A stretch of 64,000 nt of DNA from Cyanophora paradoxa CCMP329. Lineage: Eukaryota > Plantae > Glaucophyta. The DNA lies in the NCBI GenBank assembly GCA_004431415.1, contig QPMI01000005.1:744001-808000 (forward strand). Reading direction: 5' to 3'. Under the pieces are notes generated by a model, which saw only the letters and a program-made list of their open reading frames with translations, did no database searches and was not told where the DNA came from. A program made the translations under genes and the position numbers. Below are positions 23,916 through 35,300 of the stretch, in pieces; the first letter of the stretch is position 1, and each line of letters starts with the position of its first letter.

Positions 23916-26900
23916 TCACATACGGGCCTTTGCGAAGGGGGCGGCGGGGTGGTACCGCGCCGGGGCCGCCGCGGCGCCCGCGCCAGGGCCGGGCCCCCCG
24001 CGGCGTGCTGGGCGCCCGCCCGCGCCCTCCCCCCGCCGCGGCGCGAGGCCCGCGTCGCGGTCGAGCCGGGCGGGCGCCGGCGCCGGCGCCGGAGGGCGGT
24101 GCCGGCCCCGGCGGAGGAGCGCGCCCCTCGCGGCGGAAGCGGCGGCGGCGGTGCCGGTCTGGGCCGAGCCTCTCCTCCGCCCGCCGCCCTCCCGCCCCCG
24201 CCCCCGCCCGCGCCGGCGGCCGGCGCCGGCGCCGGCGGCTGCGGCCTCCGCTTCAGCTGCGCCGGGGCCGGCGGATCCCTGCCGCCCCCGCCCCGCGCCC
24301 CTCAGCACAGCGGCGTGGCGGAGTCCGCGGCCGAAGGCGCACCCGCTGGGGACGTCCACGTGGATGGTCCTGCGGGCCGGGGACGCGCCCCCAACCGCCC
24401 GCCTGTCCAGTATCGACGGCTGCTCCGCCTGCTTTGGCTTTGCAGGCGCGGCCGGCCGCGCCGCCTGAGCCCGGGCCCGGGCCGGGACCGGCGACTCGAC
24501 GCCTGCCCCGCGGGTGGGAAGCGAAGCGAGTTCGAAGCACTTATAATAATTAAGACTTTGGGCGGGCGCACCGGTGATGGAGCCAGCGAGGGAGCCCCGG
24601 CGCGGCTTCCAGAACTGAAGCGGCTCCGGCACCAGCACCGAGGCGGCGCGCCTGAGGGGGGATGAAGTCACCTCACCTGAAGGGGAGGAGAGGGGGGCGG
24701 GCTCACCTGAGCTTCGAGTCGGCCGCCGGCGTAAAGGACGAAGCCTCGATATCCGGCGTGATCTGAGCCCGCCCGGGGTCGATCCGGGGCCCGAAAAGAG
24801 GCGGGGGGAGGGGGAGGGGGGTACGGGCGCGCACCGAGTCGACGAGGTACTGGACCGTGTCGATGAACGACTGCGACGAAAGTAAGGCGGGGGGTACGAG
24901 CGCCGAGCACGCGAGGGAGAAGGGGGGTAGGGAGGTACGGGCCTGTCCGTAGTCGAAGTTCTGCCCCTGCTCGTCGCGGACCTGCAGACCCTCGGCTCGA
25001 ACCTATACGGCGGGGGAGGGGGGGGCGAGGGGGGTACAGCGCGCGCGCCTCGGCGGCGATCTCCCGGCGCAGGCGGAGCATCTTAGAGGCGACGTGCCCC
25101 GGCGTCTGCGCCCGCCTCGAGAGCGGGTTGCTGTGCGCCGCCGACTGCGAACGAAGGCGCGAACTTCAGACCCAGTAATAAACCCCCGGGCAGATTCGAA
25201 CCGGGGTCGGACCTTCAGGTCGAGCGCGATGAGGGTGCCGAAGTCGGCGTGACGCCCCTAGAACATTGATACATGTGCCGTGGTGTATCAATGCGACGTC
25301 CACTTTTGCAAAAAAAAAAAGTCGGCGTGACGCCCCAAATGCTTCCGAACCGCCCGGCGGAAGACCTGGGGGAAGGGGGGGAAGAGTGGGGGAGTAGGGC
25401 GAGGGTGCGGGGCGGGGGCGCGGGGTGTACCCAGGCATTGAAGCGGCGGGCGAGCCAGCCAAGGGAGAGGCTCACTGGGGCGCACGGGTCGGCGGGCGGG
25501 GGGCGGGGGCAAGGGGGGTACAGGCGCACCAGCGGCCCAAAGGGCTCCCCTGCAGGCGAGCGCGTCAGGCCGGCGGGGGCGACAGGGGCGGCGGGGGAGG
25601 GGGGGGGTAAGGCTTCACCAGTCAGCGACCATGCGCGGGAGAGAGTACTGCGGGCGGGCGCTCAGGTGAGCGGGGTGCGGCTGCAAGACTCAGGTGAGCG
25701 GGAGCGGACCGGGCGGTACTCGTCTCGGGGGTACTGGTCGTTCGCGCGGACCGTGATGGTCAGAACCTCCATCCCTGGCGGGCGACGTTGAGTTTCGTAC
25801 CCCCGAGAGTGGCTGGCGGAACGGGCGGCGTACCCGGTTCACAGGCGCTGGTGCGCTGCGACATGCCGAGCTCTGGGGAACCCGTGAGACGAGCATCACG
25901 GGGCGCGGCGGGGGGCAGAGAAGAAACGGGTACCCTCAATCGTCGAGAACGGGTACCGGTAGTCGTCTCCGTCGAAGTATATGCGTGCGCTGAAAGAGAC
26001 GCGCCGGCCTGCGGGGGCGGAATTTCGGAGGCGGCAGAAAGGGAGCCGGCGGGACTCGAACCGGCGACGAGGAAGTCAACCAGGCTGGCGGCCCCCGGGT
26101 TGGCGAAGTAGCGCCTGTAGTATGGCCGCGAAATCGTCCGCGCGGATTCGAAGTCGAAGTCCTCTGCAAGCGGCGGCGCGTCGGTTCAAGGCAGGGTGAT
26201 ATGGGGGGTAAAGCGATCGCGGGGGCGCACGGGAGTACAGCCACACGGAGAACATCAGGCGCTCAGCCTGCGGAGGACGGAGCGGGGTACCGCGTTGGCC
26301 GCGTTCGCAGGGGGTTGGGAGAAGGGGGGTACCGCTGCAGCGGCCTCGGAGACTTTCTGACAGAAGTCCTCCCCTCTGCAGAGGGCGACGGATACACGAA
26401 TGTAGCGGTACACCAAATCCTTCGGCTGGCCCTGGGTACGGGGCTGTTTGTGGGGCACGGGGGGTACGGGGTGCGGGGCGCGGGGCGGCTGCCTGGACGG
26501 CGGCGTCTGTGAGGGCGGGGCATGTGAAGTGCGGCGCCTCGAGCGGCCGGTCCGGCACGCTGCGCCCGCAATCCCGCTCAGGAATGGAGTAAAGCGCGTG
26601 TACCCCCCTGCCCGGGTACGGCCGGCGCGCCTGCAGGGGGCGATTCCGAAGTCCCGCCGAGTCAAGGGGCGGTTCGCCCTCAGCGGTCCCGTCTCCGTGA
26701 CCTGGGGGAGGGGGGGTACGCGATCGGCCGTAGGCGGAGGGCGAAGCGGGAGGGGGGTACCTCGGTGAACGTCACTGAGAAGAGGGTCGGATCGAGAAAC
26801 GGGTCCCCGGACTCTCCCTGGAGTGGAAGGGGGAAAGCTTCAGGGGGGAGGGGAGGGTGCACGTGGGGGCGGAAGGAGGCGAGGAGCTGAGGAGGGGTAC

Positions 26901-27475
26901 CTCGGCGCCGAGCGCGAGCTTCGCCTGCGCGTCAATGGGTACGGTGCGGTCGGCGGGCATGTTCTGCGGGGCGAGAGGTAAGCCCCAGGGGGTGCGCGGC
27001 TGCGAAGGAAAGGGGGGGTACCAGGAACGCCGTCGTCTTCTGGGGTAGCCCCTTTATGAAGTCGTTGAGGGTCCACCCGACAAACGCGAGGAGGCATACG
27101 ATGCAGACGAGGGAGAAGCACGCGCCGACGCGCGTCTTCACTGCGGCGACAGTCAGTCGGGCGCGAAAGATCGAGCGGCGCGCGCCGCGGCGCGGCGCGA
27201 GAGGCTAGGAAAGACAGAGCCGAGCACCCCCGACGTATCTGTATTCGGGAGAGAACTCGAAGATGTCGGCGCCCTTGAGACCGCGGCTCCAGCGGTTCGG
27301 CCGGAGCGTCCGCGCGTGCGCGGCGCGCGTCAGCTGCCATACGGTCCATACCGGGAGGGTTAAGGCGCGCGGCACGCCTGTGTTGCGGCTGGAGCTCGCA
27401 GACATCTGCCGACTGGACGCTGGATATCGATCCCGCGCCCGCGCCAGCGATCCGGAGCGTCCGCTGGGATCGCAT
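23916..27475 (-). CDS. Two-transmembrane protein with a large Cys-containing loop (ERGIC_N / ENaC-P2X-like topology); one exon interrupted by a retroposon
   Basis: GLKGADIFEFSPEYRY..VKTRVGACFSLVCIVCLLAFVGWTLNDF (TM1), loop exons with Cys, then STLSRMVADWGALWAAG..SLGWLARRFNAW (TM2) and a cytosolic tail. Start and end uncertain. Confidence 0.6.
25259..25320 (+). mobile_element. Short poly(A)-tailed retroposon (5'-truncated SINE/LINE 3' end), copy 1
   Basis: tagaacattgatacatgtgccgtggtgtatcaatgcgacgtccacttttgc(A)11 flanked by perfect TSD gtcggcgtgacgcccc (25243-25258 / 25321-25336; 18 bp if the adjacent AA is counted). Identical to 58591-58652 in reverse complement. Confidence 0.9.
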
Positions 27476-28004
27476 GGCGAGCCGCTCGTCGAACGCGTCG
27501 CCACCCGAGACGATCACCCCGTTTTGCCCCCCACCCCTCCCCCCCGACTCCCCCCCCCCGACTCCCCCCCCGACTCCCCCCCCCCCGACTCCCCTTTCCC
27601 CTCCTCCCGCCCGCAGCTCCTACACGTGCACCTGCCCCCCTTTCCCTTTGCCCCTACACAGCTACACAGCCGCGGCTGCAGCGGCTGCCCTCACGCGCCG
27701 CCGGGCCCGGGCCTGTCCCTGACCCTCGCCCCCCTCCCCTCCCCCTCCCCTCCCGCCCCACTCCCCCCCACTCCTCCCCCGGCCCGCAGCTCCTACACCT
27801 GCATCTGCCGCATCTACGCCCCTAAGCAGCTGCATACTCGAAGGTCATGGTACCTAACTATAGCCACTGAGCTGTAACGAAACGAAAAACTGAAAGAGAA
27901 GCTATAACGTTAACATTTTGCTGACGGCGAACTTCTCGGAATATTAATATTTCCGGAGTTCCCATGGCCAGCCTCTACAAAACAAACTGCCGAAAAAGAG
28001 ATTT

Positions 28005-28958
28005 TTATTGACGGCGCCCCGCAGAGCGCGCCGAGCGCGCCGAGCCGCCAGACCGCGGGCTCGCGCCTGGGGACGGGGTCCGGGAGCCGGCCGCCGAGGC
28101 GGGCGGCCGCAGGTCCGCGGCCCCGCGGGCCCCGCCCGGCGTCTCCACGACGAGGTCGAAGTGACGACCTCGGGCACTTTGTCGGGCGACGAATTCGAAG
28201 ACCGACGACGGGCGCGAGACGGCGATGGACGGGGCCGGCTTGAGCTGCTCAGCCTCTTCCTCGTCGTCGTCCTCGTCCGCGGCGATCGACGGGGCGGTCG
28301 GGACTCCGCTGGGCGACGTTGACGGCGGAAGTGCTGCCGGATCGGCGTTGCCGCTGGCCGGCGGCCTGCTAATGACGCGCCCTTCGGGGTCGCCTGGGGC
28401 CCCGCCGGCGCCGGCGCCGGGGCCCAAACCATCGGAGTCCCAGAGAGGCGGCACGCTGGCGGGCCGGTCGGTGAGCCTTGACGTCGCCGCCGCGGGGGCA
28501 CCCTCCGCCTCCCACTCCAGGGGGCGCCTCGCCCGGCCTTCAAGGTACCCGGGCCTGTCTGGCTCGAGCTGCTGTTCGTCGCCGTCACCGTCGTCGCCGC
28601 CGCCCCCGTCGCCGTCGCCGTCCAAGTTCGAGAAGATGGTCCCGGCGCTGGACTCTTCCCCGTTCGCATTCGTTTCGCCGTCCGCAGGTTTAGAGTCCGA
28701 TAGAAGGCTCAGCGGTGCAGCCATCCACGGCATAAGGATCCTCAGCTTTTCGAACACCTGATTCGAAATTCAACACATGCTTACCAAATGTGTGAAATGC
28801 CTACACAAAATTCTGAAAAGATGCGCACTCGTTCCTCGCAAAAGAAGAAGAGCAGTATGAGAATTGCGACGAAGGCAATATTGGAAATAAATCCGAGGGC
28901 GGCGATGAGGGACTTCTGCTCCTCCGAGAGCCCCGCGTCGGGGAAGAGGAAACTCCCG
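28005..28958 (-). pseudogene. Two-exon single-TM protein or orphan 3' gene fragment
   Basis: Exon 28958-28829 (..LIAALGFISNIAFVAILILLFFFCEER) joins through a 71-nt GT-AG intron to ORF 28757-28005. No clear upstream exons. A copy of its last ~22 codons lies at 29016-29082. Confidence 0.45.
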
Positions 28959-29323
28959 CTGCAAGGGGGGAGAATGAGAATGATATCGACGCCATATATA
29001 TATTGACGGTATTGCTATTGACGGCGCCCTGAGGAGCGCGCCGAGCGCGCCGAGTCGGCAGACCGGGGGCTCGCGCCTGGGGGGCCGCGATTGCCCGCGA
29101 AGCCCAATCCGATCGATTTTTCGGTTATAATTATATATGCGCGAGCCGCTGAGTAGTCTTTCCCGATTTCAGCTTCATGATAACATATATCTGCTGAATT
29201 TCACAATGTCACAGTGTTGTATTCTATGAGCTAAGATCGCTGAAAAGCTCTGAAACTCTGAAGCTCTAAATACGAGGGGCTTCTTAAAGCTTAAAGCACG
29301 GTTAGAGGTAATATGAAAGGCAA

Positions 29324-32300
29324 TTACAAGCTGCAGTCTTTGAGTAAGGCAAACGAAGCGCGCAGCTGCACTCTAAATACACAGGTCTTTACGCAGAGAT
29401 TACAGGTCCCACTCTTCAATCGGCGCCCGCCGCTCGATCGCGAGGGTTCAGGCGACGTCTTCGACGCGGCGATCACGAGGGTTCGGCAACCGGCGGGGCC
29501 CCTGGCGGCCCGCCTCCGTCCTCCGGCGCCCCCACTCGCGATCGGCGGCTCAGGCTCAGCAGCCGGCGCCCGCTGCGACGCGCCGCCCGCGCCCCCTCCA
29601 ACGTTGCCGAGCTCCCTAGCCAGGAGCAGCAGCTCGGGCTTGAGGGATTGAGGGCGTCGGCGTACGCGCCGCCTCCGGTCCGCCTCCGCCCGCTTCTGGC
29701 CCTCGAGCTCGAGCCATCTCGTTCCCCGGCCCGCTCCGCCGCCGCGCGCCCGCCGATCACTCGGCGGCTCAGCAGCCGGGGGGACCCTTGAGGGCCCACT
29801 TCTTGACGGTGGAGAGCAGCGTCTCCTTCAGGATCGGCTTCGTGATCTGCGCGGACGGCTCGCCCCGTGAGTTCAAACGAATAGATAAGAATGCTTGTCC
29901 TAGCCCAGCTGGGTTCTTCTAGACTGGACCACCTACGGAGCGTTCGCCCCACCGTAGGTGATTCTTCTCGAAAGCAAAATTCCTCTAGATTCAGAGTCGA
30001 GTGTAAGACGATTGAAGAGGACGCGTACGCACAACGAAGTCATGCCCACTAGCTTGTTACACTTGCCCATCTATTATAAGAAAGCCTGTTCTAGCCCAGA
30101 TCTAGTTGATTTCTTCAGATCGAGGTTCTATGAAGGCTTTGAATTTGGCGCACCACGAAGTCCATGCCGGCCTTGAGGCACTGGTTGTGGTCCTCCACGG
30201 AGGCGTGCGCTGCGCAGGGCGGGGCGCTCAGAAGGGGCGGGCCTCGGTGCAAGGGGCGGGGCGGGAGGCGGGGTGGGAGGCGGAGCGGGCGGGGGGCGCT
30301 GACCCGCCCCTGTGTGCGGCCTGTGAAGCCGGTGTGCTTCTAAGGCTTTCTAAAGGTCCGGGCGGGACGGGGCGGGATGGGGCGGGGCTGGGCGGGGCGG
30401 GGCGGGCGGGGGCACCGGTGAGGCCAACGATGGGCATGCGGGGCCGCCCCGACGCCTTCTCCCACGCCCGCACCTGCCCCGGGGGCCACCCGTGAGGTGC
30501 TGAGGCGGAGTGAAGACGGGCGGGCCCTCTTTCGGATCTAATCATGGAGAAGCTGTCACTAGGGGGCCGGCCGTGAGGCGCCGAGGCGGGCCGGCTGACG
30601 CGGACGCCTGGACGCCCGCACTCTCCAGGATCTAATCATAGAGGCACCGGGTATATACGTATGCCCCGCCCCCCTCCACCGGGCCCCGGGAGGGGTAGGG
30701 CGTGGACGCAGGGGCCGGCGAGGCGGCCCACTTTGCATGTACCCCCAAACGGGGCGGGCGGGCCGGGCCCGGATTCACGGATAGGAACTGGCGAAGGCCC
30801 CCGGGTCTGCTAGGCCGCGGGTCTGGAATCTAATATATAGCGGAGGCGGCCCGCTTTGGACCATTCCTACGCCCCCAGTTCGGCCGGCGCCCCGTCGAAC
30901 TCCGATGCGCACCTCCTCGGTCGCCATGTACCCGTCCTTCCGCGGCATCTGTACCCCCCGGCGTGAATCGAGAGGGAGGGGGGGATGGGGCGGGCGAGGG
31001 CGGCGAGGGGGCCACGTTCTTTACTTTCTAGAATCTCCCTCTAGAAGACCTCTCGGCTCCCAACGGCACTTATACAATACATACATGATACTTATAGAAT
31101 ACTTGGATCTAATACTGATAGGTCTGCACTTTCTAGAATCTTTCTCTTAGGAGACCTCTCTCTCCCGGCACCTGGCAGTCCATGAGGACGAGGGAGAAGG
31201 GGCGGTCGAGGGCCCCCAGCGCCGAGCGCTTGATCGCCTCCACGCCCTCCACCCCGTCCTGCGAGGGGGGCGGGACGCGTCGGAAGGGGCGGGCCGGGGG
31301 AAGGCGGAGAGGGGGGTGGTGGGGGGGCATCTATCGCATCTCTCTATCGAAGTATCTCATCACTCGCTCGCGGACCTCGGCGGCGGCGGTGGTGGCGCCG
31401 GCGCGCTCCAGCATCGTCTGCGCCACCCGCCGGTTCACCGCGTTGTCCTGCGCGGGGGCCACGTCGACCCGCGTTGGAGCCGGCCGGAGCGACCCGCGTT
31501 AGGGGGGCCGTGGCCGAACGGCCTTCTCTCCGGCGGTGGGAGGAGGAGGGGCGGGGCGGGCGGGGCGACGTCGACCGGCGTCAGAGCCGGCCGGAGCCGG
31601 GGCCGCCGCTCTAGCATCCGGCGCCTAGAGCCGCCTTGGGTGGCTAGGCCGGCAGGGCGGCGGGGGGCGGGGCGGGGCGACTCTCAACGACGAGGATCTA
31701 GCATCTAGCATCTGATAAAAGACGACGGATCTAGCCGGGGGTCTCTGGCATCTGATACATCTAGCATCGCGCCCTGATAAAAGGCCGGCGGGCCGGCGGG
31801 GCGGGGGGCGGGGCGGGGGAGGGACGCGGGGGCAGGGCGGGGGGGCGGGGCGGGGGGGGAGAGGGGGGGGGTACGCGGACCTCGACGACGAGGATGTGGA
31901 CGCCCTCGAGGTCCGCCCCGCCGCCCGCCCCCGCCCCGGACCTGCGCGCGCCGCCGCCGCCGCCGGTGAGAAACGAGACGAGAGGACGGGGTTGGGGGAC
32001 TAGGGCAGGGCGGGGCCCGGAGGCCCGTGCGCCGGGCCGGCTCTGTTCGGGCCATGCACGGCCCAGGCGGCCTAGCTCTGGGCCTAGGTCAAGCTCTAGA
32101 CTAGGCGGCGGCGACGGCGGAGAACGCGTTCCCCCGGGAGACATGTGCCATACAGGGCCCGGGACTAGGACTAGGCCCGGCTCGAGACTGGCTGGCTGCG
32201 CACCGGCCGTTGGAGTGCGCCGCGTGCGCGTGCGGCGGCTCCGAGGCGAGTGAGGGGGCGAGCGAGGCGGCGCGCTCCGCGGGCCGGAACGAGGCCGGGG

Positions 32301-35300
32301 GCGAGGCCGAGGCCGAGGGCGAGGGGGCGGGGGGGCCGCGCTCGCGGTCCGCTCCGAAGGATGCGGAGCGCTCCGAGGGCGGCGCGGAGAAGGAGCCGCT
32401 GGAGGGGATCGAGGGGGGCGGCAGGAAGCTGCGCCGGGGGGCGCCGCGCCGGGAGGTGAGGCGCGAGGCGAGGCGCGAGGCGAGCAGGGTCAAAAGGCGC
32501 GCGGCAGATGAGGGATCGATGTCTAGGCTTGTTAGACATGGCTCGTGGCAAGAATGCATCTAAGAGTCTCTTGCATCTGGGCCGGACCTGGAGGCGAGGC
32601 CGGCGGGCTCGGCAATCCTTTCTATTTCTCTAATACCAATTAGGCCTCCTTTGATGGAATGGGCCTCGCATCTCAGAGTCCCTAGTATCGGGGCGGGACC
32701 AGGCCCCCCTCTGCAGTTCTCTAACACCGATTCTCGATTCTTTCTCTCCTGTACCCTGGGCGGACCTGGAGGCGAGGCCGGCCGGCTCGGCGGGGGTGGG
32801 CGAGGCGGAGGCGAGGAAGCGGCGGAGGGGCTCGCAGTCCTCCCTGTCCCTGCGGGGGCGGGGGCGGCAGCAAGCGGATATTCAGTGTGGCTTCCTAAGA
32901 ATCCAGTTCTATGTCTTATAGCACGACCTATGTGTGCTAAAGCGAAATAGCATATAAGACCGGGTCATATAGAGGAGGCCCGGCCGGTCAGCGGGGCGGT
33001 GGCGGCCGCGGCCCGTCGGTCTATGCCGTTTATAAGCTTAAGCCTAAGGGGGCCCGCAGGGGCGTCAGCGGGGCGAGGGCGGCCGGGGCGGCCGGGCCGG
33101 GGCGGCGCTGGCGAGCGGGGCTAATCTAAGCCGGTTATAAGCCTACGCCTAAGCCTAAGTCAGCGGGTGGGGGCGGCCGGCTCGAAACATAGAGCCCGCG
33201 GGGGCCGAGGATCAATATTAGGATACATCTTAGGATCCCAGGATGAACGGCCTAGGGCGCCTATTATGAAGCGGGCGCACTGGAAGGAGGCCTGGGCTAG
33301 GATAAATACTACTAGAATGCTAGGATAAATCTTTGGAATTATCTCAGGATAAATATTAGGACGCTATAAGACCGGGTCATGTAAGGCATTAGAAGCGCAC
33401 TGGAAAGAGGCCTGGGCGGCGGCGAGGCGGTTGACGCGGGGCGAGGCCGGCCCGCTCCCCGACGAGCGCGGCGAGGCCGCCGGCCGCCCCTTCGGCGTCT
33501 CCTGCGCACGCGCGCAAAAGGGGGTGAGAGGCGCAGGTTCGAAGCGAAGAGCAGCGTGGGGACGGCCTATAAAGAGGCTTCAGGCCTAGGTGGCGGGACG
33601 GGGAAAGAAAGAGACGGGGCGGGTGGCCCACGAAGATGGCCTAAGAGAGGGGCGGGCGGAAACTGTGGACGGGCCAACGAAGGCGGGCTGCTGGGGCGGG
33701 GACGAACCGGTGAGACGCTGACGGCAGCGGAGGGCGTGAACGCAACCATCTGCGAACGAAGTGAAGGGGGGGGGGGGCGGTCAGAGGCTCAGTACAAAAA
33801 CAGAAAAGGCACCTATTAGAGGAAAAATAGATAAAACAAATAAAGTACCACTCAGTACTAGATCTAGGCTATGAACAATAGAAAGGGAACCTTCGGGAGG
33901 GCGACGGCGTCTTTCGCGTTTTAAAAGGAACGGCTTAGAAATAGCTTCAGGGCGCCAGCCCGTCCTATGACTCTATGATAAATCCTGAATCCTAGAATTA
34001 GGACGCTATAAGCCGTCCTCCAGGCATTAGTAATATAATAGAAAGGGAACCTTAGGGAGGGCGACGGCGTCTTTGGCGTTTTCGGCATTAGGAGCGACGA
34101 CGGAGACGTTGGAGGAGTCGACGTCGACGGCGAGCGGCGCCCGCGGGGAGGCGCCGCCCGCCAGGGGCGCCGAGGGCGAGGGCGAGGGCGAGGGCGGCGC
34201 CCCCGCCGGTTCGGCAGCCTCCGCCGCCGCCGCCGCCGCTCCTGCGAGCGGTGAGGGCTGGGCGCTCTCCGGCCTCCCGCCAAAGTCCACCTCGAACGTC
34301 CCGAAGGCCCTCTGAGGGTTTATTATTAGAGTTCATTTGAGCCCTGTGGAACTCTATGGAACCCATTCACCTCGCGCTCCTCGACGGCCACGGAGGAGGA
34401 GCAGCGGGAGCTGTTCTCCCCGAAGCCGTTCGGGCCCGGCGGGAGGGGCGAAGGAGCCTGCAGCGACGCGGCGACGCCTAGGCCTAGGCCTTGGGAGCCG
34501 GGGCTGGGCTGGGCCGGGCCGGGGCTGGGCGATTCGGCCGGGGGCGGCAGCAGCTCCACGGAGGGCAGCCGCGGCGGCGGCGGGCGGCCGCCGGCCACCA
34601 CCGCGTGCGGCGTGGACCCCGCGCTGTGGGCCGACGCGGCCGCGACGGCCGTGTCGAAGCTGATTCCCATCGACGGGGGGCTCGTCGGCGCCGACTGCGC
34701 CCCACCGTGCATGTGCGCGCCCGCCCCGACCTGAAAAGTTGGCTGGTTGGTCAAACACTCTTTGGAATGAGGTCATCAAGGTTAAGATGGATTAAGAGTC
34801 TATTAAGGGATGGCCTTCGTTCGTTCGTCAGAGGAGGCGTGTGAAAGGGGAAGGTTCCTGTGGGCGCGCGCGGGGGAGGGGAGGGGCGCACCGCGGCAAT
34901 CGTGCCCAGTCCAGTGGGAGAAGAGGAGATCCGGCACATGGCCTGCCCGCCCCCCCGCCAGATTAGATCAAATCAGATCAGATCAGATCAAATTAGATAA
35001 GATTAGACTAGATTAGATTAGATTAGATTAGATTAGATTAGATTAGATCAAATTAGATTAGATTAGATTAGATTAGATTTCCGTCCTCGCCCGCCCCATC
35101 TGACGGGCATGGCACATGGCCCGCCCGCCCGCCCGCCCGCCCGTCAGATGGGGCGGACGAAAACAGAAAGACAGCCACGTAAATCAACGAAAAACAATAG
35201 GCGGATAGGGGAAAGAAGCGATTTCCATAGAAGCTAAGCCCGCCCGCCCGCCGGCCCGCCCGCCCGGCCCGCCGGCCCGTCAGATGGGGCGGGCGAGGAC

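Noticed and set aside
25183-25212. GGTTCGAATC tRNA T-arm / B-box-like motif on the minus strand
   Set aside because: No cloverleaf or A-box can be built; it lies in a short intron.
34960-35079. (TTAGA)n as an interstitial telomere
   Set aside because: Not G-rich, degenerates into AGATC, and similar stutters occur in other introns; treated as a microsatellite.
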